Made by a program: the position numbers and the translations under genes. Positions 36,808 through 44,864 of a stretch of 64,000 nucleotides of DNA are shown here, piece by piece. The stretch is from the sequence record LR756501.1. One strand, 5' to 3'. The notes beneath the pieces are model-generated. The model did no database searches and was not told the origin of the DNA. It was given only the letters and a program-made list of their open reading frames with translations. How positions within the stretch are numbered: the stretch's first letter is position 1; each line of letters opens with the position of its first letter.

Positions 36808-37399
36808 TGTCTATATTATCTTTTAGGAAATCTGAAAATCTATTATATTTTTTCCATTCTGTTTTTAAAAATATTCCCTCAGCCTTATTTATTAATTCTA
36901 CACTTTCCTTATTTCTCAATTTATGTGGTTTAACTTCGTAATCTAATCTACATAAATCTAAACCATCTGCGTCTCTTAATATAGAAACAGTTTGCCAATA
37001 CGGATTTTCTCTTTCTATTTCATATCTTTCTGAATGATTAGATATAGCTAATCTTATAGCTTTTAAATCTTCTTCATTCATACCATTTTTAATAAAGAGT
37101 TCTTTAAAGAGTGGGAATTTTTCTGAAGCAGCGTCTTTACCGTGTACTTTACAATTATCGTCATTTCTTCTTGCCATATCGTGAACAAAAGCCGCCATGA
37201 ATGCCCTTTTAGTGTTGAGTTTATCTCCTATTTCATTACCAATCATAAGACAATTAAACATAACTCTGAATGTGTGATTAATACCGTGTATATCAGATTT
37301 ATGATTAAAATTATCATCAGATAAATTAAAATCGTTAAAGTTTATATTTAAACTCTTGGTGAAGTCCATAAAGTTATATTTACTAAATTCTTTAATCAT
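36800..37399 (-). CDS. HD-domain phosphohydrolase
   Basis: IHGINHTFRV, FVHDMAR, HG..AA, NHS, LRDADGLD; probable start MIKEFSKY at 37399. Confidence 0.85.
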   Translation of the reverse strand: MIKEFSKYNFMDFTKSLNINFNDFNLSDDNFNHKSDIHGINHTFRVMFNCLMIGNEIGDKLNTKRAFMAAFVHDMARRNDDNCKVHGKDAASEKFPLFKELFIKNGMNEEDLKAIRLAISNHSERYEIERENPYWQTVSILRDADGLDLCRLDYEVKPHKLRNKESVELINKAEGIFLKTEWKKYNRFSDFLKDNIDND

Positions 37400-39923
37400 T
37401 CCATTCCTCCTCTCCATATGGATCATTTGGATGTAATTTCAATCTCAACTCTTCTCTTTTTCTATTTATCTCTGTATTAAAGATATGTTGAATTTTTACT
37501 TCCTTATAATCTCTTAATTTATCCATTTGTATATAATCTTTGAACGGATTGACTTCTTCAATCTCACCATGCTTATAAATTCTATCACACATTATAGCGT
37601 TCCATCCCCAGTCACTATGAGTAGAATGGAATCTAAAAACATACAACAACATTTTCTTTCTTTTTTTAGTTATAAGTTTATTTTCTTTTCCTGGTCGTTC
37701 AAGAACGTCGTAATCATTTTTATCATAAGGAATTTCACATATTATTCTGTACCATTCGCCCTTTCTTAAAAAAGGAACTATATAATCTTCGAAGTAATTG
37801 TGCCAACGTTTTAACTCCAGTTCTTCGCCTGTTTTATTAAATTCAACGTATTCATTTATTTTACTTTCATTCCATATTTCTTCACCGTAAGGATCAATAT
37901 CTATGTTTATCAAACTCAATTCCTCTTTATCTTTATCAAATTTTTTACACAATTTTTCTCTCTCGTCATAAGTTATTTTTAAAGCTTTTTCGGATTTTAT
38001 TGGGTAAAATAATTTGCCCCTAACCTCGCGATCTAATTTAACTGTATAACTATTAAAATGACTATCATCAACAAAAACTATTTCACCTGTTAGATTTGGA
38101 TATTTATCATATACACAAAGTATTGAATCACCAACTTTAAAATTTTCATTTATTTTACTCTCATTCATATATAAATAATTATCCATATAATCTTGGTCTA
38201 AAAATAGAACATCTTTATTAAGCGATGAATATCGAACTCTTTCAGCGTTACCGTATTCATTTTTATTATATTTTCCTACCCAATGATAAGGCACTAATTC
38301 AATTTTATCTTTTTTAATTCTTTCTATTTCTCTTTCTGAGATAGGTGATAAAACTTGATGTTTTTTAATTATATTCAAATCTTGTGTTCCGCCAAAAGAA
38401 TGTATTTGGTAATGACTTGTTAAAAAAGCAAAATAATAATCGTAACTACCTAAAAATTTCTTTTTGAAGACAATATACTTATCCTTAAAGTCGTCGTCGT
38501 TAATTTTAACATCCCAACCCCAGTCTTCTTCACCGTAAGGATCAATTTCAGCCATTTTTATTCTAGTGGCGTTTCTTTTCTTACTCTTTTTGGATTCCCA
38601 TACTTCTTCACCATAAGGATCTAGTTCTTTTTGTTTTAATCTTCTTTCTTCTTTCTCCTTCTCTAATTTTCTCCATAACTCTTTTATTCTATCTTCATAT
38701 TCTTCATAAGGAACTACATCAAAATTGGCTAAATTCCACCAACCATCTTTATCAATCCAATTATCATTTTTCGGTAATGGCCCTCTAATAAGAGTTATAC
38801 CATGTGAAATAGTTCTCACATCTTGAATTTTAATAGGTAATCCGACTGGATAACCACTCCCAGTGAACACTGGTTCTCCGCCTCTGTCAAACGCAAATGA
38901 TGCTTGATCTTTACTCTTTAAAATAGCTATTTTACCAATTAATTCATTACCTAGGTTTTCAACTATTTCCAATGGCATAATCTTATGAACACCGATATCT
39001 TTTCCTTTTACTCTACTCCAATAATAATGATCAGTATTATTTATATTTGTGATTCTAAATTCTATATCTTCTAAACCAGGATTTGATACTTTAACAATAT
39101 CATTTATCTTTATATTTAAATTTTTAAATTTATTTCTATTTTCTCTATTTTCAGCTAATTCAATATGTTCAATAATTATATTTCTTTTTTCGTTCCATGT
39201 ATCTATTTTAATAGTTCCGAATCCACTTGGAGCCGGTCTAATTTCACCTTTTCTATATTCAAACATATAACCAATAGTGAAAATATCTGACAAATTAGCA
39301 GAAGTCTCCATTACCTTGATAACTTTATATCTATAATCATCGAATTTTATTCTATACCAGTTATCAATTTGGATAAAATCTTTTAATAACCCCATTCTAA
39401 CCAATTTAGCACGATCTTGTAAAACAAAAATCTCTTTTCCTCCACCAAAAAATTTATTATTTTTATTTATATACATATAATCAGGCACATGTGAAAAGTC
39501 AACGTATTCATTTAAATCATCATTTTTTTGTAATTTACCGTGCTTAAACCATCTCACTCTTGGTTCCTGTTCTGTTTCGGAGTAAACTTGAATAATATTC
39601 GGATTCATACAAAAATCAATAGTTCTAAATCTTATAGCTCGATCTTCTTTACTACCAATGTTAATGTATGGTTGATTTGATCCGAATACAATTTCTTTAG
39701 ACACTAATCCTACTATATCATTATCATCGTAATGAATCTTAATAAGTTTTCCTTTTAACGTATATGATAAATATTCTTTTACAGCGATATTATTATCCAC
39801 GTTCTCACGATATTTATAAGCATCAATTACTCTATTTAAACTTTTTAAATCATTTTCATTTAAATAATCAAGAAGATTGATCCATTCATCCACGTTCTCA
39901 AAGATGTTGTATTTTGTAATCAT
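37392..39923 (-). CDS. Multi-module polyprotein-like putative virion protein with four DPYGEExW motifs
   Basis: 843 aa; MITKYNIFEN start; internal LNE/INE junctions; KOW/SH3-like FKVGD...GEIV module. Confidence 0.7.
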   Translation of the reverse strand: MITKYNIFENVDEWINLLDYLNENDLKSLNRVIDAYKYRENVDNNIAVKEYLSYTLKGKLIKIHYDDNDIVGLVSKEIVFGSNQPYINIGSKEDRAIRFRTIDFCMNPNIIQVYSETEQEPRVRWFKHGKLQKNDDLNEYVDFSHVPDYMYINKNNKFFGGGKEIFVLQDRAKLVRMGLLKDFIQIDNWYRIKFDDYRYKVIKVMETSANLSDIFTIGYMFEYRKGEIRPAPSGFGTIKIDTWNEKRNIIIEHIELAENRENRNKFKNLNIKINDIVKVSNPGLEDIEFRITNINNTDHYYWSRVKGKDIGVHKIMPLEIVENLGNELIGKIAILKSKDQASFAFDRGGEPVFTGSGYPVGLPIKIQDVRTISHGITLIRGPLPKNDNWIDKDGWWNLANFDVVPYEEYEDRIKELWRKLEKEKEERRLKQKELDPYGEEVWESKKSKKRNATRIKMAEIDPYGEEDWGWDVKINDDDFKDKYIVFKKKFLGSYDYYFAFLTSHYQIHSFGGTQDLNIIKKHQVLSPISEREIERIKKDKIELVPYHWVGKYNKNEYGNAERVRYSSLNKDVLFLDQDYMDNYLYMNESKINENFKVGDSILCVYDKYPNLTGEIVFVDDSHFNSYTVKLDREVRGKLFYPIKSEKALKITYDEREKLCKKFDKDKEELSLINIDIDPYGEEIWNESKINEYVEFNKTGEELELKRWHNYFEDYIVPFLRKGEWYRIICEIPYDKNDYDVLERPGKENKLITKKRKKMLLYVFRFHSTHSDWGWNAIMCDRIYKHGEIEEVNPFKDYIQMDKLRDYKEVKIQHIFNTEINRKREELRLKLHPNDPYGEEEWND

Positions 39924-40005
39924 GAATCTATATATAAAAAAACGAATATAAACTTTTAGAACAATGAATTATATAATCGGAGACTAAAAAAATAATTAAT
40001 TATGA

Positions 40006-40971
40006 ATGATTAAATTTAACCTAATAATTGATGGCAACTACCTACTACAAAAATCTGTTCACATACTTCACAAAAATAAAATATTAGTATCAGAATTATA
40101 CAACGTAATAGAAAGAGATTATCACACACTTACAAAATTATACCCATTCGATAAGATATACTTTATATCAGATAGTTTTAGAAATTGGAGAAAAGAATTT
40201 TTTGAAGGGTACAAAGGCACAAGAAAACGTGACGATAAAGTGGATTGGGACTTCGTCTTCGGTGAATACACCAAACTCAAAGAATTCCTTAAAACTAAAA
40301 AGAACTGCGTACAATTCCAAATGGATAACCTAGAAGGCGATGATCTTATTGCCTACGTTATGAAGACACTTAACAACAAAGGACAATCAAACTTCTTAAT
40401 GTCTAACGATAGTGACCTTTTACAACTAATTAACTACGACTTAGATAAGAGATATATCAATATAATGTATAATTACAAGATGACTGATGATAGAGTATTT
40501 ATACCTGAGCATTACCAAATATTTACTAAGTACGTAAAAGACACCTACGTTGATGATATGTTTGAAGATAACAATGAAACGGAATTCTTATCTTTTCTTG
40601 ATAATTTCACAAGAACAAGAAAGACTTCTCTTATCAATTCTGAATTAGAACTCTTTATGAAAGTAATGGGCCATAACAAAGATAATATCAAATCAGTATA
40701 TATGAAAGGTGATAGAGGTATAGGTAAAAGTGGTATTCTTAAAATATATGATACATACAAAGAAACCCATTCTGAACCAATTGATTTTAACTCAATTGAA
40801 TTTAAAGATAGAATTATAGATCATATTAAACTATATAAAAGATTGAAAGACAACAGCATGAATGAAATGATGAGTGATAGATTAACAAGAAATTTGACTT
40901 TAGTTAAATTGGATGAAACGTCTATGCCACCACATTTATATAAATTAATGAAGAAGGAGGTAAACTTATGA
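40006..40971 (+). CDS. T4 RNase H-like 5'-3' exonuclease (FEN family)
   Basis: IIDGNYL, WRKEFFEGYKGTR, EGDDLIA, SNDSDLLQL, KDNI motifs. Confidence 0.85.
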   Translation: MIKFNLIIDGNYLLQKSVHILHKNKILVSELYNVIERDYHTLTKLYPFDKIYFISDSFRNWRKEFFEGYKGTRKRDDKVDWDFVFGEYTKLKEFLKTKKNCVQFQMDNLEGDDLIAYVMKTLNNKGQSNFLMSNDSDLLQLINYDLDKRYINIMYNYKMTDDRVFIPEHYQIFTKYVKDTYVDDMFEDNNETEFLSFLDNFTRTRKTSLINSELELFMKVMGHNKDNIKSVYMKGDRGIGKSGILKIYDTYKETHSEPIDFNSIEFKDRIIDHIKLYKRLKDNSMNEMMSDRLTRNLTLVKLDETSMPPHLYKLMKKEVNL

Positions 40972-41489
40972 AAATAAAAGACATTTTGAAGAAATTAGGA
41001 ATTATTAAAAAAGAGTATGTTCCAATCGAACCTTATAGAGGCGGTAATATGTACGATTTGTTTGTTAAAAAGACTATTGATAAACGTTTAGGACGTAAAA
41101 ACACAGCGGTTATTGATGACGATAAAATTAATTGGAACTCAACTTATGAAGGACCAAAAATTAGGAGATTTACTATTCCTGTTAATGGTTTATCAAGAGA
41201 AGAGGCTGAAGATCAAATTAAGAAATTGATGAGTGAGTACCACGAAGATGTGGAGTGGAAGGATGATTATAAATTACCAGAAGTTAAAAGAGAATATTCC
41301 GATTTAGATCCTTACGGTGAAGAAAATTGGAACGATGATATTCACTCTTTTGATAAAGATTACTGGTTTCCCACTAAAAGACAAAAAAGTTTGATTGAAC
41401 AAGCCAAGATTATGTATTCAAAGAATAACGCCGCGATATATAAAAAGTTTGTAATACCTATTCCTAATTGGAACGCAGTTTTAGAATAA
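40968..41489 (+). CDS. Small protein with portal gp20-like segment and DPYGEENW motif
   Basis: RRFTIPVNGLSREEAEDQIKKLMSEYHEDV...DYWFP resembles the portal RRIFYIDVGNLP..KAEQ....M..Y...ED(F/Y)WLP segment. Confidence 0.5.
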   Translation: MKIKDILKKLGIIKKEYVPIEPYRGGNMYDLFVKKTIDKRLGRKNTAVIDDDKINWNSTYEGPKIRRFTIPVNGLSREEAEDQIKKLMSEYHEDVEWKDDYKLPEVKREYSDLDPYGEENWNDDIHSFDKDYWFPTKRQKSLIEQAKIMYSKNNAAIYKKFVIPIPNWNAVLE

Positions 41490-41525
41490 AAAAAAAGAGG
41501 ACTTAAGTCCTCTTTTTTTTATTCT
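41483..41525. terminator. Bidirectional terminator
   Basis: AGAATAAAAAAAAAGAGGAC-TTAA-GTCCTCTTTTTTTTATTCT between convergent genes. Confidence 0.85.
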
Positions 41526-41788
41526 ATTTTCCTTAACCAATATTTAATGTAAGGCAAGAGTTCTTTACACTCTCGTGTAAGTCCGTTAAGTAATTTCTCT
41601 TTATCTTCATATGATATATTATCGTCTTCTATTACTGTAAAATAAGTAAAGAATGGAGATAGGAAATTTCTTAATCTTTCACCAGGTTTGGAATTTAAAC
41701 CTGATGCGTACAATCTATCCTTGTCCAAGTTTACTGGAATATCATGCGGATATTCAAATAATTCATCTACTTTCTTAATCTTCGTCAT
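41519..41788 (-). CDS. Hypothetical putative virion protein
   Basis: MTKIKKVDELFE start. Confidence 0.6.
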   Translation of the reverse strand: MTKIKKVDELFEYPHDIPVNLDKDRLYASGLNSKPGERLRNFLSPFFTYFTVIEDDNISYEDKEKLLNGLTRECKELLPYIKYWLRKIE

Positions 41789-41790
41789 TG

Positions 41791-42201
41791 TTATAAATTT
41801 ATTCTTTTAGTAAATACTTGTGTACCGTCTGTTATTTTTATAAAATATAATCCATTTGTTAATCCTTCTTTCTTAAAAGTCGTTTCACATTTTAAATCTT
41901 TTTCCACTAATTTTCTTCCAAATATATCGTATAAAAACATTTTATATCCAGTGGCATCAGATTTAACCATAAAATCAATATTGCCTGGATTTACTTTCAT
42001 ATAAATTTCAACACTACAACTCTCTGTTTTTATTTCTGTCCATTTATCACAATCAAATATTTTCAAATATCCAAATTGGTCAAAATGATAATTGTTTTCA
42101 GTACTAACAATCCCACCACCACAAGGTTTAGCTGGTTGGGCAATTGATATTATTAATACCAAAGCAAATAAAATTGATAAAATAAGTTTCTTCATCGTCA
42201 T
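41791..42201 (-). CDS. Secreted protein with T9SS (Por) type A C-terminal sorting domain
   Basis: Signal peptide MKKLILSILFALVLIISIAQ; C-terminus LYDIFGRKLV...GLTNGLYFIKITDGTQVFTKRINL. Confidence 0.75.
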   Translation of the reverse strand: MTMKKLILSILFALVLIISIAQPAKPCGGGIVSTENNYHFDQFGYLKIFDCDKWTEIKTESCSVEIYMKVNPGNIDFMVKSDATGYKMFLYDIFGRKLVEKDLKCETTFKKEGLTNGLYFIKITDGTQVFTKRINL

Positions 42202-42287
42202 AATTTTTTCTTCCTATATATTAAGAACAAAATTCCATAAATGAAAAATCCATCTAATTGATGGATTTCCAACACGTTGCGTGTTGA

Positions 42288-42860
42288 CTATTTAGATTTT
42301 TGTTCTTGGTTTCTTTTTTTGGTAATTGGTTTTACTTGTTCTGTTATAACTGTTTGGTCGTCTTTTATCAAGTCTTTTTCTTCAAATGGAATGATCTGTG
42401 TTTTCAATCTTACTCTAAATTCTATAAGAATTTTAGTGAGAGTATTTGTGGAATTTTTGTTCATTGAAAAATCCATCATTGCTCTATCTCTTCTGACTGC
42501 TTTTTTGAACATTATATTCATTTTCCTTGTTGTATTTACGGGAAAATCTTCGTCATAAAGATATTCGTGATTAACAATATTACATTTACTATCACCATCC
42601 AATCCTTTTGTGATATGAGTGATGAATAATTCCGCATCACCAGTGAGAAAATAATCTTTACTTACGATATATTTTTTATCAAGTCCACCGCCATCTTCAA
42701 TATCTAATAGTCTAACACAGTTTGAGTCGTTAAGCGCGTCAACGAATATACTAAAAACTAATTTTTGTCTATCTGTTAATGCGTCATCTGGATACATTTT
42801 TTTATTAATGGTTTTTCTCCAGTTATGATATACGTCTTTAATCCAATATCCTATATTCAT
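42288..42860 (-). CDS. Hypothetical protein
   Basis: 190-aa ORF. Confidence 0.6.
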   Translation of the reverse strand: MNIGYWIKDVYHNWRKTINKKMYPDDALTDRQKLVFSIFVDALNDSNCVRLLDIEDGGGLDKKYIVSKDYFLTGDAELFITHITKGLDGDSKCNIVNHEYLYDEDFPVNTTRKMNIMFKKAVRRDRAMMDFSMNKNSTNTLTKILIEFRVRLKTQIIPFEEKDLIKDDQTVITEQVKPITKKRNQEQKSK

Positions 42861-42866
42861 TTCTAA

Positions 42867-43085
42867 TTATTTAGTAATTATTCTTATATCTATTCCAGTG
42901 TCTGGATATTTCAATTTAAGAACTTCATAAGCAACGTTATAAGCTCTGCGTATTGAAAATTCTTTAATCTCTAGGGCGTCAACTAATTTGTCTTCTCCCT
43001 TTTTATCATCAATATAGGCCATACATTTATATGTAACTCTTCTATTGATGAGTCTGTTAAAATATTCTGATACAAATTCGAACAT
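42867..43085 (-). CDS. Hypothetical protein
   Basis: 72-aa ORF. Confidence 0.5.
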   Translation of the reverse strand: MFEFVSEYFNRLINRRVTYKCMAYIDDKKGEDKLVDALEIKEFSIRRAYNVAYEVLKLKYPDTGIDIRIITK

Positions 43086-43135
43086 AATAATACATTATTT
43101 TTTGAACTCTTTATATCAAAAAAAATTGAAGAAGT

Positions 43136-43666
43136 TTATTTTTTAGGAGATACCATAACCCATAGTCTTCTCCCCTCCATCTTAGGAAGAGCTTCTGGTT
43201 TACCATATTCTGTTAAAGCGTCTATAAATCTCAACAAAAGAATATTACCCATTTCAACGTAGTTACATTCTCTACCCGAGAAGAATACAAAAGCCTTCAC
43301 TTTGTTTCCTTCTTTGAGGAATTCTGTAGCGTGTTTTAATTTGAAATTGAAATCGTGATCTCCTGTATTATAAGTAAATCTCAACTCTTTTACTTTAACT
43401 TTTTTATTGTTTGCTTTTTGGATTTTCTCTTTTTGTTTTCTTTCATATAAGAGTTTTCCGTAATCAACAATTTTACAAATAGGTGGAACGGCATTTGGGG
43501 AAATTTCCACTAAGTCTAATTCTCTATCTTCAGCCATTCTCAATGCTTCGTGAATAGTAACCACTTGTGATTCTATCCCTTCGCCAACAACTCTCACTTC
43601 ATTAACACCTCTGATGTGCTTGTTAATTCTTTCAGTTGCTTCTTTTTTGCTCATAATTTTCTTCAA
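43136..43666 (-). CDS. infC: Translation initiation factor IF-3
   Basis: RINKHIR..EVRVVG, LDLVEISPNAVPPICKIVDYGK, KELRF, DHDFNFKLKHATEFLKEGNKVK. Confidence 0.95.
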   Translation of the reverse strand: MKKIMSKKEATERINKHIRGVNEVRVVGEGIESQVVTIHEALRMAEDRELDLVEISPNAVPPICKIVDYGKLLYERKQKEKIQKANNKKVKVKELRFTYNTGDHDFNFKLKHATEFLKEGNKVKAFVFFSGRECNYVEMGNILLLRFIDALTEYGKPEALPKMEGRRLWVMVSPKK

Positions 43667-43679
43667 ATTTGTTTTTTTT

Positions 43680-43880
43680 TTAGTTTTTTAATTTATATTT
43701 AGAAAAATTTATTATTTGAATATCATCTACCTCACACTTTAGGTCGTGAGCTATCTCATTTACAAATTCGTAAATGTTTTCTTCTGCCATCTCTAAATCT
43801 AAAGTATCAGATAGCACCCAACGTCCGTCGTTGTTACTATTAAAATTCACACACTTACCGTCTTTCTTGAATATAATCAT
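43680..43880 (-). CDS. Hypothetical protein
   Basis: 66-aa ORF in a co-oriented cluster. Confidence 0.5.
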   Translation of the reverse strand: MIIFKKDGKCVNFNSNNDGRWVLSDTLDLEMAEENIYEFVNEIAHDLKCEVDDIQIINFSKYKLKN

Positions 43881-43881
43881 A

Positions 43882-44079
43882 TTAGTTTACACCGTCAATT
43901 TTATTGATAACTCCTCTTCTTACCCACACATTAATTCTATATGGATTAAATTCTTGTGTTCTATAAAAAGATTGTCCGTCTTCGTCAGCCACGAAAATAA
44001 AATATCTTGGTGGGAGCTCTGGTATTGCTGCGTCTAATGTTTTACCTACTAGGTATTTGAAATCGTCTACCGTCATCAT
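43882..44079 (-). CDS. Protease inhibitor I78/potato-I-like small protein
   Basis: LVGKTLDAA...DG..YRTQEFNPYRINVWVRRGVI...G. Confidence 0.5.
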   Translation of the reverse strand: MMTVDDFKYLVGKTLDAAIPELPPRYFIFVADEDGQSFYRTQEFNPYRINVWVRRGVINKIDGVN

Positions 44080-44096
44080 GTTTGTTTAATTATTTT

Positions 44097-44498
44097 TTAT
44101 AATTCTGTGTGCTTTTTGAAATTTCTTATATAGTGTCTTATGTTGTCTGAACCAGTCTGATTAAATGAATGAACTAAAGTTTCTGGCAATTTAATATTGT
44201 TATCCAAACAATAATCACATAACCATTTGGCGCATTCGTAACCAGTCTTCTCTTTATATGAGAAATAATCAATAGAGTTTTCAGTCGACCAAGGCTGATT
44301 ATCACTAAAATAGTGTTCGTCTGCTAAATCGTGATCAAAAGAAACTAAACGTGGCACACCATTTTTAGTAATATACTTCACAAACTCGTCGTAAGATCTA
44401 ACAATGATCCATTTAAGTTGTAAGTATCTAGTGTCCTTTGTATAAGGATAGGAATCGTAGGGATGACGTATGTCGTCAAGGAATAAATTATAATCCAT
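44097..44498 (-). CDS. Cyclic-phosphate-processing receiver-like domain protein
   Basis: LFLDDIRHP, WIIVRSYDEF, VSFDHDL, TGYECAKWL, VHSFN. Confidence 0.78.
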   Translation of the reverse strand: MDYNLFLDDIRHPYDSYPYTKDTRYLQLKWIIVRSYDEFVKYITKNGVPRLVSFDHDLADEHYFSDNQPWSTENSIDYFSYKEKTGYECAKWLCDYCLDNNIKLPETLVHSFNQTGSDNIRHYIRNFKKHTEL

Positions 44499-44557
44499 TC
44501 AATTAAATTTTAATTAATAATGATACAAAATTAAGCGTTTGTTTCGGCATAAAAAAA

Positions 44558-44713
44558 TTATACAACTTCTTTTTGATTATAAAGTTTAGTTGTTTCTTCT
44601 TCAGCCAATCTTTCAAGAGCTTCTTTTTCTTCGTCAGACATTCCATATCCTTTTGATAATTCTTCTATGAAATTTCTTAACACAAACGTAATCTTGTTTT
44701 CTTTGTTATCCAT
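44558..44713 (-). CDS. Small hypothetical protein (51 aa, not in ORF track)
   Basis: Translated by hand as MDNKENKITFVLRNFIEELSKGYGMSDEEKEALERLAEEETTKLYNQKEVV*. Confidence 0.5.
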   Translation of the reverse strand: MDNKENKITFVLRNFIEELSKGYGMSDEEKEALERLAEEETTKLYNQKEVV

Positions 44714-44864
44714 TATTATTTAACTTCTTTTTTTAATTTTGTTTAAATTATTAATTGAATAGATAAATAGAAGCCTGTAGATCAATGAATTAAAAAAGCC
44801 TATTATTGGTTAATTGGTAGTATATATTTATATTTTTTTCTAGTTTTTTTCTATATGTGGATAT

